DNA from: an uncultured Candidatus Entotheonella sp.
GTDB lineage: Bacteria > Tectomicrobia > Entotheonellia > Entotheonellales > Entotheonellaceae
Assembly (NCBI GenBank): GCA_965215335.1
Contig: CBDCDA010000002.1
Location: forward strand, 960,001 to 1,024,000
DNA: 64,000 nt
Reading direction: 5' to 3'
Shown: in pieces, positions 37,123 to 47,969 of the stretch
Numbering within the stretch: the stretch's first letter is position 1
Layout of the letters: every line of letters begins with the position of its first letter
Program-made: the position numbers and the translations under genes
Notes under the pieces: model-generated
Database searches by the model: none
What the model was told of the DNA's origin: nothing
What the model saw: only the letters and a program-made list of their open reading frames with translations

Positions 37123-39681
37123 TCACGTCTCGTCCCTCTCGTATGGCCCGAGAAACCGCTTGCCGTCAAAGTGAATGAGATGAGTCGGTGCGTCCGCGCA
37201 CCACACTTCCGTCTCCCACGAAATGTCTCCGAGATGTTCCTTCATGACGGCCCGACTCGGGAATGCCGTGACATATACAAGCCCAGGCGTCGCGCCGGCA
37301 AATAGCTCAGCCAGTTCATTGTGCCGCTTCGCATCCACTGGCCCGTGGCTGGTCACCGATTCCACAAGCACGAGCCAGTTCTTGTCGCCGAAATACAGCA
37401 CAACGTCAGGCATCTTGCCGTGCCGATCAACCGTCACGCCGAGTTCGGCAAGGCGGTGCTCTTGAAAATACCCGGCCTTGTCTCCGGTATCGCCGATATA
37501 GATGAGTTCCGCTTCAGGCATGAACCGAGGCGCGAATTGGTCAATGATGTCCCGGATGAGTTCACTATGTGAGCCCGGGGCAAGCTCGATTTCCCTGCCC
37601 GCCGCCACTTTCACCGGAACCATTTGCATCTGGCGGGGCCTGGCCCATTTCTCCGAAAGGGTGCTTCGTTCCTCCAGCCAGGTATCAAGCCTTGCCTGCC
37701 ATTCGCTGGTATCGTACGTCGAGATCACCCCTGCCGCTTCGTCGCTGATCTGGTAACAGGCGTTCGGGCTGTTCACCGGCCGCGAAGGGTCGTCCGGATT
37801 GTAGACGGCAACGCCGGCTTCCACGAACTGGTGCATCGTCTGCCGCCGGATTGTCTCGCGCGTGTTGGGCGCGTACGCTCGGCCGTAGTGCTCACGGATG
37901 TAATCCATGATCGGCGTAATGCCCCTCAAGGGCCGCTTCAGCCCGTTCCACGAGTCGGAGGGCTTGAGGTCGATCAGGGCAAGCAGAGTAAGCGCGGAAC
38001 GATCATTCTGTTGGCCCTGAGGCATCCCGAGGGCCTTCAGGATGGCCAGTGCGTCGTCGATTTTCCGTTGTGCGTCGAATGGGTTGCCACCTTCTGCCAT
38101 GTGGCATATCTCTCCCTCGATGATGTTGTCGATTTCCTGCTGCGAGAGCGTCCGGCCGTCATTCTCCCTTCCGATACGCTCCAGGGCTGCCCGATCAGGA
38201 TAGCGAAGGGATCGCAAATCGGTTGCGTTGACCTGCGTGTGTCCATTGAACTGTCGAAAGAACCGGTCCACGAGACTGCAATTCAGGTAAAGCCTGAGCC
38301 CCACGGCCAGGGAACGCGGCATGCCTTGCCGGTCAACATGATAGACGTTCAGGTGGTTCTCGAAGCCGACGAGCTCGCCCGGCAGGTCCGAGGCATAAAG
38401 CGAAGCTACGATGCGGCGGTGCTCTTCCTTGGATGTAAAGCGGCGCGTGACGACGAAATGGCCCTTGTTCGGCCAGAGCCATTTGCGGCTTTTGTTCGAC
38501 AGGCGGATGGCATTGGGCTTGCGCATCGCTTTGGGCCATGAAACCGCTCCATCCTGAAAGTGCGCCGGGTAAAGCAGCGGCACGGCGCCAGCCTCCGGCA
38601 CCGCCCGCAAATCGTCCCGCAAGCGGAATTGCACGACCGGTCCCGTCGACACCTCGATGCCGAGTTCCGCGAGCGTCGCCTTGAAGTGAGACATGCGTTC
38701 CACAATGCCTTGCTCGATCCCGTTGGCCGCGATATGGACGAACCGTTCCGGATCATCGGCTCGAATCACCGATTCGTAAGGAACCGTCCACTGGGTCATG
38801 TCCTCCCCGATGCAGGTGTGATGCCGCAGATCGACTTCGAATGCAGCCCCGTGACTCGTGGTAATCGTCACGTCTGAAGGCTGCCCGCCTTTCACCGCGT
38901 GGACGATGAGGTTTTCCTGAAGAACCGCATCGTCCCTGAAGGCACGATCCCGCGTCTCGAACAGATGAATTCGACGAAGGCTCATCATCGAGAAGAATTG
39001 TTCCCGAAACGGCTTGAAGTAGAGACCATTGCAGAATGAGCGAGGCACGATGGCAGCCATCTCTCCGCCGGTACGCAGGCGCAGCGCAGCCAGGAACATG
39101 AAACCCGTGTAGAGGTTCGATGTCTCGATGCCGGCCCTCCGCAACGCGGTGCGGTGCTCAGAGCCATTATTTATTTTCCTGTACGGCGGATTCAGAATGA
39201 CATGCGTGAAGCCTCCGCTATTGTCTTCGGCATCATCAAACATGTCCGGCTGCTGGCCGTCCTTGTGGCCGAGGATGAAGTCGTCCTGTAAAATTCTGCT
39301 GCTGACGTCGACCCGCTTCTCTTTGCACCAGCCTTCCACTTCCCTGAGCGTACGGTGGAGATATCCGGACAGCACCAGATCGACCTCATAGCAGACGAAA
39401 TCGACCAGCCGTGGTCTGACCTCCCCGGTGCATAGCCTCTCGGCGAGGGCGGCTGTAAGCGACCCGACGCCTGCGCCTGGGTCCAGGACATGCAGGTCTC
39501 CCCCTGTGTTTACGAACAGACTTGCCATGAACCGGCCGATTGGAGTCGGCGTCATGTACTGGCCCAGTAGGGCTCGCCTGGTCGTATCAAGCTTCGCCGA
39601 GGCATCAATACGATGAAAGTCCGCGTTATCAGCAAGGGCGACGGTGTTCATTTGAAGGCAGTCTCGGGGGTTAATGACCAT
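37123..39681 (-). CDS. Adenine methyltransferase fused to a BsuBI/PstI-family restriction endonuclease
   Basis: DPGAGVG and NPPY in the N-half; NDRSALTLLAL, YAPNTRETIRRQT, HGKMPD and ESVTSHGP in the C-half. Confidence 0.9.
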   Translation of the reverse strand: MVINPRDCLQMNTVALADNADFHRIDASAKLDTTRRALLGQYMTPTPIGRFMASLFVNTGGDLHVLDPGAGVGSLTAALAERLCTGEVRPRLVDFVCYEVDLVLSGYLHRTLREVEGWCKEKRVDVSSRILQDDFILGHKDGQQPDMFDDAEDNSGGFTHVILNPPYRKINNGSEHRTALRRAGIETSNLYTGFMFLAALRLRTGGEMAAIVPRSFCNGLYFKPFREQFFSMMSLRRIHLFETRDRAFRDDAVLQENLIVHAVKGGQPSDVTITTSHGAAFEVDLRHHTCIGEDMTQWTVPYESVIRADDPERFVHIAANGIEQGIVERMSHFKATLAELGIEVSTGPVVQFRLRDDLRAVPEAGAVPLLYPAHFQDGAVSWPKAMRKPNAIRLSNKSRKWLWPNKGHFVVTRRFTSKEEHRRIVASLYASDLPGELVGFENHLNVYHVDRQGMPRSLAVGLRLYLNCSLVDRFFRQFNGHTQVNATDLRSLRYPDRAALERIGRENDGRTLSQQEIDNIIEGEICHMAEGGNPFDAQRKIDDALAILKALGMPQGQQNDRSALTLLALIDLKPSDSWNGLKRPLRGITPIMDYIREHYGRAYAPNTRETIRRQTMHQFVEAGVAVYNPDDPSRPVNSPNACYQISDEAAGVISTYDTSEWQARLDTWLEERSTLSEKWARPRQMQMVPVKVAAGREIELAPGSHSELIRDIIDQFAPRFMPEAELIYIGDTGDKAGYFQEHRLAELGVTVDRHGKMPDVVLYFGDKNWLVLVESVTSHGPVDAKRHNELAELFAGATPGLVYVTAFPSRAVMKEHLGDISWETEVWCADAPTHLIHFDGKRFLGPYERDET

Positions 39682-40177
39682 GCAGCACGGTATGGCCTGG
39701 TTTAGGGAACGTCCCTAAAAGCCCGGATCAACACCTACCTCTCTTAACAACATTCGCCCGGGATATGAAATCCCGAGGCGGGATTTGAATCCGCCTGACC
39801 GGGCGTCAAACTCGGGATATTCACCCTTCTTGACCTGGCCGAATCTACGCTCCAGCAGTCCAAGCCGGAGTAGGTTCTGCTCTCCGATTTCGTAGAGCCC
39901 TGCCTCACTTTATAGGTCCTGAGCCTAGACATTGTGAACTGCGTAATGCTATCGACTGGAACCTCATGTGTAAACTTCGGCAGACCTCGAACCCTCGCCC
40001 AAATCATGGGACTATACACAAGGTCTGTCTTCAACCGAATCGAGTTTTCCAAGGCATCACGCCTCACGCAAGAGAGGCCCCGTTGCCAGCCCTGCGTAGT
40101 AATGCTATAAGCCTTCCGTTCCAGCAAGCCTGCGGCACAGACGACACAAGGCGATTCAGACATGGCGGACTGCGCAA

Positions 40178-42855
40178 ATGGCCAATAAATCCGCAATCGA
40201 ATGGACGGACGCAACCTGGAACCCGGTCACGGGTTGCACCAAGATCACGCGCGGTTGCGATAATTGTTATGCCGAGCGCTTTGCCGAGCGTTTCCGCGGC
40301 ACTCCCGGGCATCCGTACGAGCATGGGTTTGACCTCAATCTTCGCTGGGACCGTCTTACCCAGCCGCTGTCGTGGAAGAGACCCCGCAGGATCTTCGTCA
40401 ATTCGATGAGTGATCTGTTCCACAAGAATATACCGACAGCGTTCATTGATCGCGTCTTCGGCACCATGGAGGCCGCCGATTGGCATGTGTTTCAGGTGCT
40501 CACGAAGCGAAGCGCGCTAATGAAGGATTATCTGCAAGAGAGATACGGGCAGAGCCCTGCGCCCCGGCACATTTGGTGCGGTGTTTCTGTCGAGGATCAG
40601 ATGGCGACGGCCAGAGTCCGGCATCTGCAGATGTCACCGGTACAGGTTCGTTTTCTTTCTATTGAACCGCTTCTGGGGCCTGTAGGGAAACTCGATCTCG
40701 AAGGGATATCCTGGGTAATTGTTGGCGGGGAGAGTGGACCGAACGCCCGACCCATGGAACCGCGTTGGGTTCTCGACATTCGGGACCTCTGCAAACAAAA
40801 TGGCGTTGACTTCTTCTTCAAGCAGTGGGGCGGGATGACGCCGAAAGCGGGCGGGCGCCGGCTCGAAGGGACTGAGCACAACGCCATGCCCGTTTACCCG
40901 ATAAAGGAGAAGAACTTGGAATTCAGATGGCATCCTGCCGAGTCTCCCCCTGTGATCGAGGAGCACAGCAGGGCGAAGCTCAATGTCTTACGCAGTTACC
41001 TTCGCGCCTATTTCGACAGGCTGAATGTCAGTCCGCATCGAGAGGAATTCAAGCTTGATCTTGTCGATGGCTTTTCCGGAGGTGGAACGTTTCAGGACCG
41101 CGATCAAATCGTGGCCGGCACGCCACTCATTATGCTTGAAGAAGTGGAAAACGCGAGGAAAAGACTGAACCGGCACCGCACGAAGACATTGCACTTCGAC
41201 TGTAAATGCTATTTCGTGGATGTGGAGGCGAGCCACACGGATCATCTTCGGAAGGTTCTTGCTGAACGTGGATACGAGGTCGACGACGACAAGATCGTCT
41301 TGCGCAACAGCCGCTTCGAGGACGAGGTCGATAGCATTCTGACCAATATCCAGCGACGGCAGCCCCGGGCCGGCCGTGCGATTTTCCTTCTCGATCAAAC
41401 CGGATTCGCGCAGGTGAAACTTGCGCTTGTCGCTCGGATTCTGCGTGAACTGCCGGCAGCGGAAGTCATAATGACGTTTGCTGCTGATGCACTCGTCAAC
41501 CATCTTGCGGAAACACCGTCCCTCATCAAGGCGGTTTCTCCGCTCGAATTGACGGAACCGCAGATACACGATTTCCTCCAATTCAAGGACGGTGATGGTG
41601 GAAAAGCCCTCGTCCAGAGGACACTGCGGGAGCACATTCGCATCGTGACGGGTGCGCCCTATGATACGCCTTTCTTCATCCGTCCTAGGTTCAGGACTCA
41701 TAACCAGAAGATGACCGTGGCAGCAATACAGATGGCGCTGTAGAAAGTGTGCGCACAGCGATCATGGCGTGTGGCGATACGGCGCCAATCCTTGAGGCGA
41801 CCGAACAGGCGCTCGATGAGATTACGGCTCTTGTAAAGCTCCGTGTCGTAGACAATCGGCTCTTTACGATTGGCACGGCCTGGAATACAGGGCTTGATCT
41901 TGCGCTCGGCAAGCGCCTTGCGCAGCCGGTTGCTGTCATAACCCTTGTCGGCAATCAGCACGTCGGCCTCCGGCAATGCGGGCGGCGCCATGTCTGCCCC
42001 GCGATAGTCGCTGACCCGGCCCGCAGTCAACACCATGACGACGGGCTTGCCGTCGCCGTCGCAGACGGCGTGAAGTTTCGAGTTGAGGCCGCCTCGGGTA
42101 CGCCCGACATGGCGCGGAAAAGCCCCCCCTCGAGCAGGCTGGCAGCGGTGCGATGCGCCTTGAGATGCGTGCTGTCGATCATGACGGTCTCGGTGGCCGT
42201 GCTGTCGGCGGCCAGGGTTTGGAAGATGCGGTCGAAGACACCGACCTTGCTCCAGCGCACGAAGCGGTTGTAGAGCGTCTTGTGGGGACCGTAGCAGGCG
42301 GGCGCGTGGCGCCACATCAGACCGTATCGAATGACGTGGATGATGCCGCTGATGACCTTTCGGTCATCGACGCGCGGGACGCCGCGCACCTTGTTGGGTA
42401 GCAGGGGTTGGAGTCGGGCAAACTGCGCATCGGAGAGCCAGAAGTGATGATCGGGCATGATGAACCTCCCCATGGAGTCAGGGTCTTGAATCCGATATGT
42501 TCAATGATAACCCTTTATAGGTCCTGAGCCTAGGCAATCGCGTCGTGCTTTATGGTTCCTTCATCTGTCAAAACATCCTACGGCGCGTGATGTGATGATC
42601 CGGTGCCACTGGGAGATCCAGAATCTGTTCGAGCACTATGGTTCCGGCGACTTCGAGATGCTGGGCTGGGACGCTTTGAACTCCGGAACGTTGCCGCTGT
42701 TTCATTTCGAAGACTTTGAAGCGAAGCAGATGAGGGTGCAGCTTCTCGGTTCGATGCCCAATGAATTATTCAGTCTGGTGTCTGAGGCACCCATTACCAT
42801 CGATGCGATGCGGCACATGTTTGCAAACAGGACGGCCGCTCGATTCTCTGACCTT
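40178..42855 (+). pseudogene. DUF5131 (three-Cys) protein fused in frame to a TcmP-like partner; split by IS5 and 3'-truncated
   Basis: WNPVTGCTKITRGCDNCYA, IVGGESG and FFFKQWGG; then HSRAKL, VDGFSGGG and FLLDQTG; frame continues across the IS as IRP|RQSRRALWFLHLS. Confidence 0.85.
41688..42530 (-). mobile_element. IS5-family element, copy 2 (843 bp)
   Basis: Same inverted repeats; TA duplicated within a CTAG site. Confidence 0.95.
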
Positions 42856-43194
42856 CAGGCGCATATCCAAGCCAGTCTGTCCCCACAACTGGGCCGCCGG
42901 CACTCCGTAGTGCGGATCGATCTCGTAGCCCGTGGCACATCTGATCCTTTTCTTCGGAAAGACGTCGAGCAAGGCCGAATAGAATGATCCGGTTCCGATG
43001 GCGGGATCGATGAAGCGGACGCGGTTACTTTCATCGAGTTGGGCTGCAGCATATCGCAGAAGGTCGGCGGCCAAAGCCGGTGACGTTGCGAACTGTCCCT
43101 TGCGGTTCCGTTCGGCTTGGGTTTTTGCCGCGTCCAGCGTCTCCTGCAGGGCCAAGCGGCGTTTCTCGAAGCCCTTACCTTTTGTCCTGCTCAT
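42856..43194 (-). pseudogene. N-terminal fragment of the XamI-cognate methyltransferase
   Basis: ERNRKGQFATS and FIDPAIGTGSF present; ends before any NPPY motif. Confidence 0.8.
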
Positions 43195-43195
43195 C

Positions 43196-44991
43196 TCAGA
43201 GTCCAAATTCTCGAAGATCGTCAATACGATGTTCCCAGACCCAATCAATGCCTTCAGCCGCTTCGTAACCTAGGCTCAGGACCTATAAAGGGTTATCATT
43301 GAACATATCGGATTCAAGACCCTGACTCCATGGGGAGGTTCATCATGCCCGATCATCACTTCTGGCTCTCCGATGCGCAGTTTGCCCGACTCCAACCCCT
43401 GCTACCCAACAAGGTGCGCGGCGTCCCGCGCGTCGATGACCGAAAGGTCATCAGCGGCATCATCCACGTCATTCGATACGGTCTGATGTGGCGCCACGCG
43501 CCCGCCTGCTACGGTCCCCACAAGACGCTCTACAACCGCTTCGTGCGCTGGAGCAAGGCCGGTGTCTTCGACCGCATCTTCCAAACCCTGGCCGCCGACA
43601 GCACGGCCACCGAGACCGTCATGATCGACAGCACGCATCTCAAGGCGCATCGCACCGCTGCCAGCCTGCTTGAGGGGGGGCTTTTCCGCGCCATATCGGG
43701 CGTACCCGCGGCGGCCTCAACTCGAAACTTCACGCCGTCTGCGACGGCAAGCCCGTCGTCATGGTGTTGACTGCGGGCCAGGTCAGCGACTATCGCGGGG
43801 CAGACATGGCGCTGCCCGCATTGCCGGAGGCCGACGTGCTGATTGCCGACAAGGGTTATGACAGCAACCGGCTGCGCAAGGCGCTTGCCGAGCGCAAGAT
43901 CAAGCCCTGTATTCCAGGCCGTGCCAATCGTAAAGAGCCGATTGTCTACGACACGGAGCTTTACAAGAGCCGTAATCTCATCGAGCGCCTGTTCGGTCGC
44001 CTCAAGGATTGGCGCCGTATCGCCACACGCTATGATCGCTGTGCGCACACTTTCTACAGCGCCATCTGTATTGCTGCCACGGTTATCTTCTAGTTATGAG
44101 TCCTGAACCTAGGTAACCGCTATCAAAGTATCCACACAGGAACAAAATGAATCGTACGTCCGGGCCGTAAGTATGGCGCAACTGAGTCATCTTCATACCC
44201 TCTTCCTTGCGGCGCTTGTTGACGTTCGTGTAATCACCCGCGGACTTCGCCTCGATGAGCAGGGGCAATTGACCCACCCTGGCGCCTTTGGGCATCACGA
44301 CAGCATCCACTGGGATGTTGACCTGCCTGTCAGTTCCCTCCCGTTCCACAGGCACGTTCAGTCGGAACGCAAAGGTTCCTGGAGGCATTGTGTCATGTCT
44401 CGCGCCTTCGCCAGCCAGGTCGTAGTCGAGACTCGTCAGCCACTCACGGATTCGTGCAAGTTGACGCCTCTCTTGCTCATTGCGAATGATCGGGTTCGCC
44501 ATTGAACCACATAGGCGGTCGGCCACGATCGTGGCTGCTCTGTATACTTCCTGTTCGGTCGGGTCGGTATGACGCTGGAGCCACACGAAGATGTCGGGGT
44601 CGGCCATCCTCCGGATGATCTCAGCGATCCTTCCAAGGTCACGGTCCAACTCGTAGGCTGGCATTCGTGAGGGCAGCTCACGGGCTCTTTCCATCACCCT
44701 GACAAGGTTCCTCGAAACGCCGGCAAGGCCGATAAGTCTGTCCACGGCCAGCGGCGGGCAGGTTGACATCCTCAGCGTTGGCAGGACCGCGGGGTTCGCC
44801 TTGAGCAGAGCCACACCGACGTCCCTCAGGCTGTTCGTTGCTTCCAGGGTTTCTCGGACCTCTTCGGTTGTTTGTGCCCGTGTCGTCCTGTAGGTTTCCG
44901 GGGCAAACTGCCGGAACCAGTCGTTGTACATGTCCACCGACTGGGCAATGTCCTGATTCCACCGATCAGGTTTATCCAGGTTGACCGCCAT
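43196..44991 (-). pseudogene. XamI-family restriction endonuclease interrupted by IS5 copy 3
   Basis: IEAKSAGDYTNVNKRRKEE; CGYFDSGYL|GYEAAEGIDWVWEHRIDDLREFGL* reconstructed across the IS. Confidence 0.88.
43273..44109 (+). mobile_element. IS5-family element, copy 3 (837 bp; 6-bp deletion and a TAG two codons early)
   Basis: Same inverted repeats; TA duplicated within a CTAG site. Confidence 0.95.
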
Positions 44992-45358
44992 CGTTACTCC
45001 AATACTTCGGACAGTCTTGAGAGCAAGGTAGCCGCACGGGTTCTCCAATTCTAGTTGTGTTAGCCCACGCAACCAAAGAATGGAGGTGTCCCGTGGTCGG
45101 GTAAGGAAGTGCCATTGATGGCATTCTGACCAGAAATATCTGCCGCCGTTCCAGGAGCCTTGCTGGGCAAATCAGGATCGGCCGCTGCTCACGTCCGTAT
45201 AGCACCAAGAGCTTTGCAACTATGGCACGATCGCTGACAGGGCGGCCTAAATTCTGTCCGAAGTATTGGGAGATGTCACCCTTCTGGTTTACAAATCCGG
45301 GCGCACGCAGAACACGTCTATTTCTCGCCCGGCGATGCGCCGCCTGCAAATCGTTCTG

Positions 45359-45589
45359 TCAACAAGAGTTCAGGCATAGCCCGCAGGCCAACTCTTCAAG
45401 TTTGGCCACATCGCGCCGAACAATAGTCTTCGCGCATTCGAGACAATAGTGATTCCAGCTTCGCCCATTGCGAACCTTGAGACGCTTGTCGCCACGTTCT
45501 ATGCGATGCCGGGTGTTGCCCTGGCAGTTGTGGGCGTGCTGTGCCGAGTCCACCTCGACGCGAGTGAGGAGTGATCTAATTTTTGGCAC
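45359..45589 (-). CDS. Small putative zinc-binding protein coupled to the helicase
   Basis: HNCQGN..HRIERGDKRL..HYCLEC; GTG start overlaps the helicase end. Confidence 0.6.
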   Translation of the reverse strand: MPKIRSLLTRVEVDSAQHAHNCQGNTRHRIERGDKRLKVRNGRSWNHYCLECAKTIVRRDVAKLEELACGLCLNSC

Positions 45590-47396
45590 CGAAGACCTCC
45601 TGAACGGCGTCATCAAGAATGCCGGAGAAATTTTCCTCAATCTGGTCCAACTCGGGCCGGGTGAACTCATGGCGTTCGCCGGATTGGCGGCCTACGGCGG
45701 TATTCACCAACCGGTCGATGGCGGATTTGAGCACGACGAAATTGGTCCGGCCAAGGTGTTGCCGGTCGAGGTCACGGCCTTCTGGATTGATGTCCCGCTC
45801 CGCAAGAATCCTTCCAGCCTCGGTGCGTATCCGCATGTCGAGGCTGCGGCGCATGGCTTGACGCTGGCGGACGCGAGTAACGGGAACGGGTTCAAGTTCG
45901 TCATAAGCCTGTTTTACTTGGTCCGACGTGTAGCCCTTTTCCTGAAGAATTCTAAGAGCGGCCAATGCCTCGGGATCTTCAACGATCAAGGGAATCTCCT
46001 CGAGCTCAATAGCGGTCTGGCTGCGTACGTCGAAGCGTTTCCTGTCACCTGAGTCAGGGATCGGAGGCACCACCTCAAGCTCGTCGCCAGAATCGAAATC
46101 GAGACCTTCCACGGGGAGAAGCTGGTCGAAGAATTCTTGGTCTGCTTCACTGTATTCCTGGAAGTCGGCCCACCGACTGGCGACGTTGGCCCCGGCATGA
46201 AAGACCACGCTTCCGTGATTGAGGACATGTCCGGGTGCATTTTGCTTGATGACTCGCATGATGCGGCCGACGAACTGGATGAAGGGTGAGAGGTTGGCGA
46301 AAATACTGAAGACGGCTGCGACGGCCAGAAAGGGGTGGTCGAAACCCTCGCCAAGCTTGCGGACCTGCACGATCACATCCAGCTCGTGATTTTCGAGTCT
46401 TTGCAAGACATGCTCGTTAGCCGCGCTGTCCTCGCGGGAATGCACATAGTCGGCGTGGCGCCCCCGGGCACGGTAAGCCTGGACTATTTGACAACAGTGT
46501 TCATAGTTGAGAGCCGAAGCGATGATCTTGAGGCGATTGTTGTCGGCAGTTTGGCGGAGCTTGTCCAACTCGCGGATAGAAGCGTCAACGATGGTGTTCA
46601 ATGTCTCGGTTGAGGTCACGATGCTACGCCGAAAATCGGCGTCCTGCTCGCCAAGGCGACGCACTTCCTCAAGGCCGACCTCGATCTCCCGCCCGTCTTC
46701 GCGACGGACATAGCGCAAAGTGCGGGGGTTGAGAACAACCGCCTTGAGACGTTTAACGTAACCTTCCTGAATGGCCCGGAACACCGGGTAGGAATAGAGG
46801 ATACGTCCGGCCATGAGCTGGCCATCGGCTCGCAACGGCGTGGCGCTGAAATTGACAACCCGCGCGTCAGGGAATTTGGCCTTGAGGGTGTTCCAGCTCT
46901 GCGCGACGCTGTGATGGCCTTCGTCGAAAAGGATAAGGTCGAAGAAGTCGCCCGGCAGATTCTGAAGCCAGCGATTTTCCTCGCCCTGGAGCTGCTGGAT
47001 GTTGGCAAGCACAATATCGGCTTCCTCAAGGTCGGCACGATTGGTCGTCGTGCCTTGGATTCTGGCGAGCTCGGGATAAGGCTGGCCCTGCAGGACGCTG
47101 CACTTGCTGTAGAACATATCCGGGTGGGCCGGGTCGAAGCCGTTGTGAAGCTGCTCGGCGATTTTCACGCCAGGGGCTACAACGAGGGTGCGCACGGCGC
47201 GGAAGGCGAAGGGGGCTATCGTGATGCAGCCAGATTTGCCGCAGCCTACGGGCAGGACAATTCCAACTTCGCGTTCCGGGTCATCCGGGTCCCCGGCCAA
47301 AGCGACAAGCGCGGTGTATGCCTCCCGCTGAGGCGCGCGAAGAAGGGGGTTGCCGGTGATTGATGGCTCCCGTGTCTGGAAAGGATTATTTTCCAC
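45576..47396 (-). CDS. SF2 DEAD/DEAH-box helicase (ResIII-like) with no evident nuclease domain
   Basis: Motifs LPVGCGKS, DEGHH, SATP, LGEGFD and QFVGRIMR. Confidence 0.9.
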   Translation of the reverse strand: MENNPFQTREPSITGNPLLRAPQREAYTALVALAGDPDDPEREVGIVLPVGCGKSGCITIAPFAFRAVRTLVVAPGVKIAEQLHNGFDPAHPDMFYSKCSVLQGQPYPELARIQGTTTNRADLEEADIVLANIQQLQGEENRWLQNLPGDFFDLILFDEGHHSVAQSWNTLKAKFPDARVVNFSATPLRADGQLMAGRILYSYPVFRAIQEGYVKRLKAVVLNPRTLRYVRREDGREIEVGLEEVRRLGEQDADFRRSIVTSTETLNTIVDASIRELDKLRQTADNNRLKIIASALNYEHCCQIVQAYRARGRHADYVHSREDSAANEHVLQRLENHELDVIVQVRKLGEGFDHPFLAVAAVFSIFANLSPFIQFVGRIMRVIKQNAPGHVLNHGSVVFHAGANVASRWADFQEYSEADQEFFDQLLPVEGLDFDSGDELEVVPPIPDSGDRKRFDVRSQTAIELEEIPLIVEDPEALAALRILQEKGYTSDQVKQAYDELEPVPVTRVRQRQAMRRSLDMRIRTEAGRILAERDINPEGRDLDRQHLGRTNFVVLKSAIDRLVNTAVGRQSGERHEFTRPELDQIEENFSGILDDAVQEVFGAKN

Positions 47397-47617
47397 AGCA
47401 TGACCTCCATTCTATGCTTGAGGATCGTGAACGGGGTGTAACGTCGGCGACAAATGTTTGATTCTGCTACTGTCTGAGGGCAGGTCTTTGACTGTGGCGG
47501 TGCTGTTTATCTGTTCTGAGCCTGACAATTGATCGGGTAAAGGCGATTCTCTCCCTGAAATGGGGACCCGTGACGGAAGGGCAAATCCGCCACGGGGAAA
47601 TCAGGGGCCTATTCGCT

Positions 47618-47839
47618 TCAGCCCTGTGGCGGATACGGGTCATTGCCATGGGAATCGCGTTCCCGAAATCGGCCATGCCGGTCGTGGATGAACAACTCAG
47701 TCCCTTGATTGCGGGCGATATTGCGCCCGGCCTCGATAGCTTCCTTTTGGGTCGGGTGAACCGACGACGCACGCTGGCTACCGGCACCGCGGACTGCCCA
47801 GCCGTCTTTATGCGGGACGACATGCTGATTGCGCCTCAC
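47618..47839 (-). CDS. DUF2188 small protein
   Basis: HVVPHKDGWAV..TQKEAI..IHDRHGRFRERDSHGNDP. Confidence 0.88.
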   Translation of the reverse strand: MRRNQHVVPHKDGWAVRGAGSQRASSVHPTQKEAIEAGRNIARNQGTELFIHDRHGRFRERDSHGNDPYPPQG

Positions 47840-47897
47840 AATTGACCTCCTGAATCAATGATGTTTTCTCCGTCTTTACCCTAAGTATGAACCGGTA

Positions 47898-47949
47898 TTG
47901 ACGGTATGCCAATTGGGTTTATATTGCAATGTTATACAGAAAAACTGTA
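47898..47949 (+). promoter_or_regulatory. Sigma70-like promoter with an operator-like inverted repeat
   Basis: TTGACG-N16-TATATT; TACAG-N5-CTGTA at 47935-47949. Confidence 0.55.
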
Positions 47950-47969
47950 AACCACAAGCTCAATGATGG

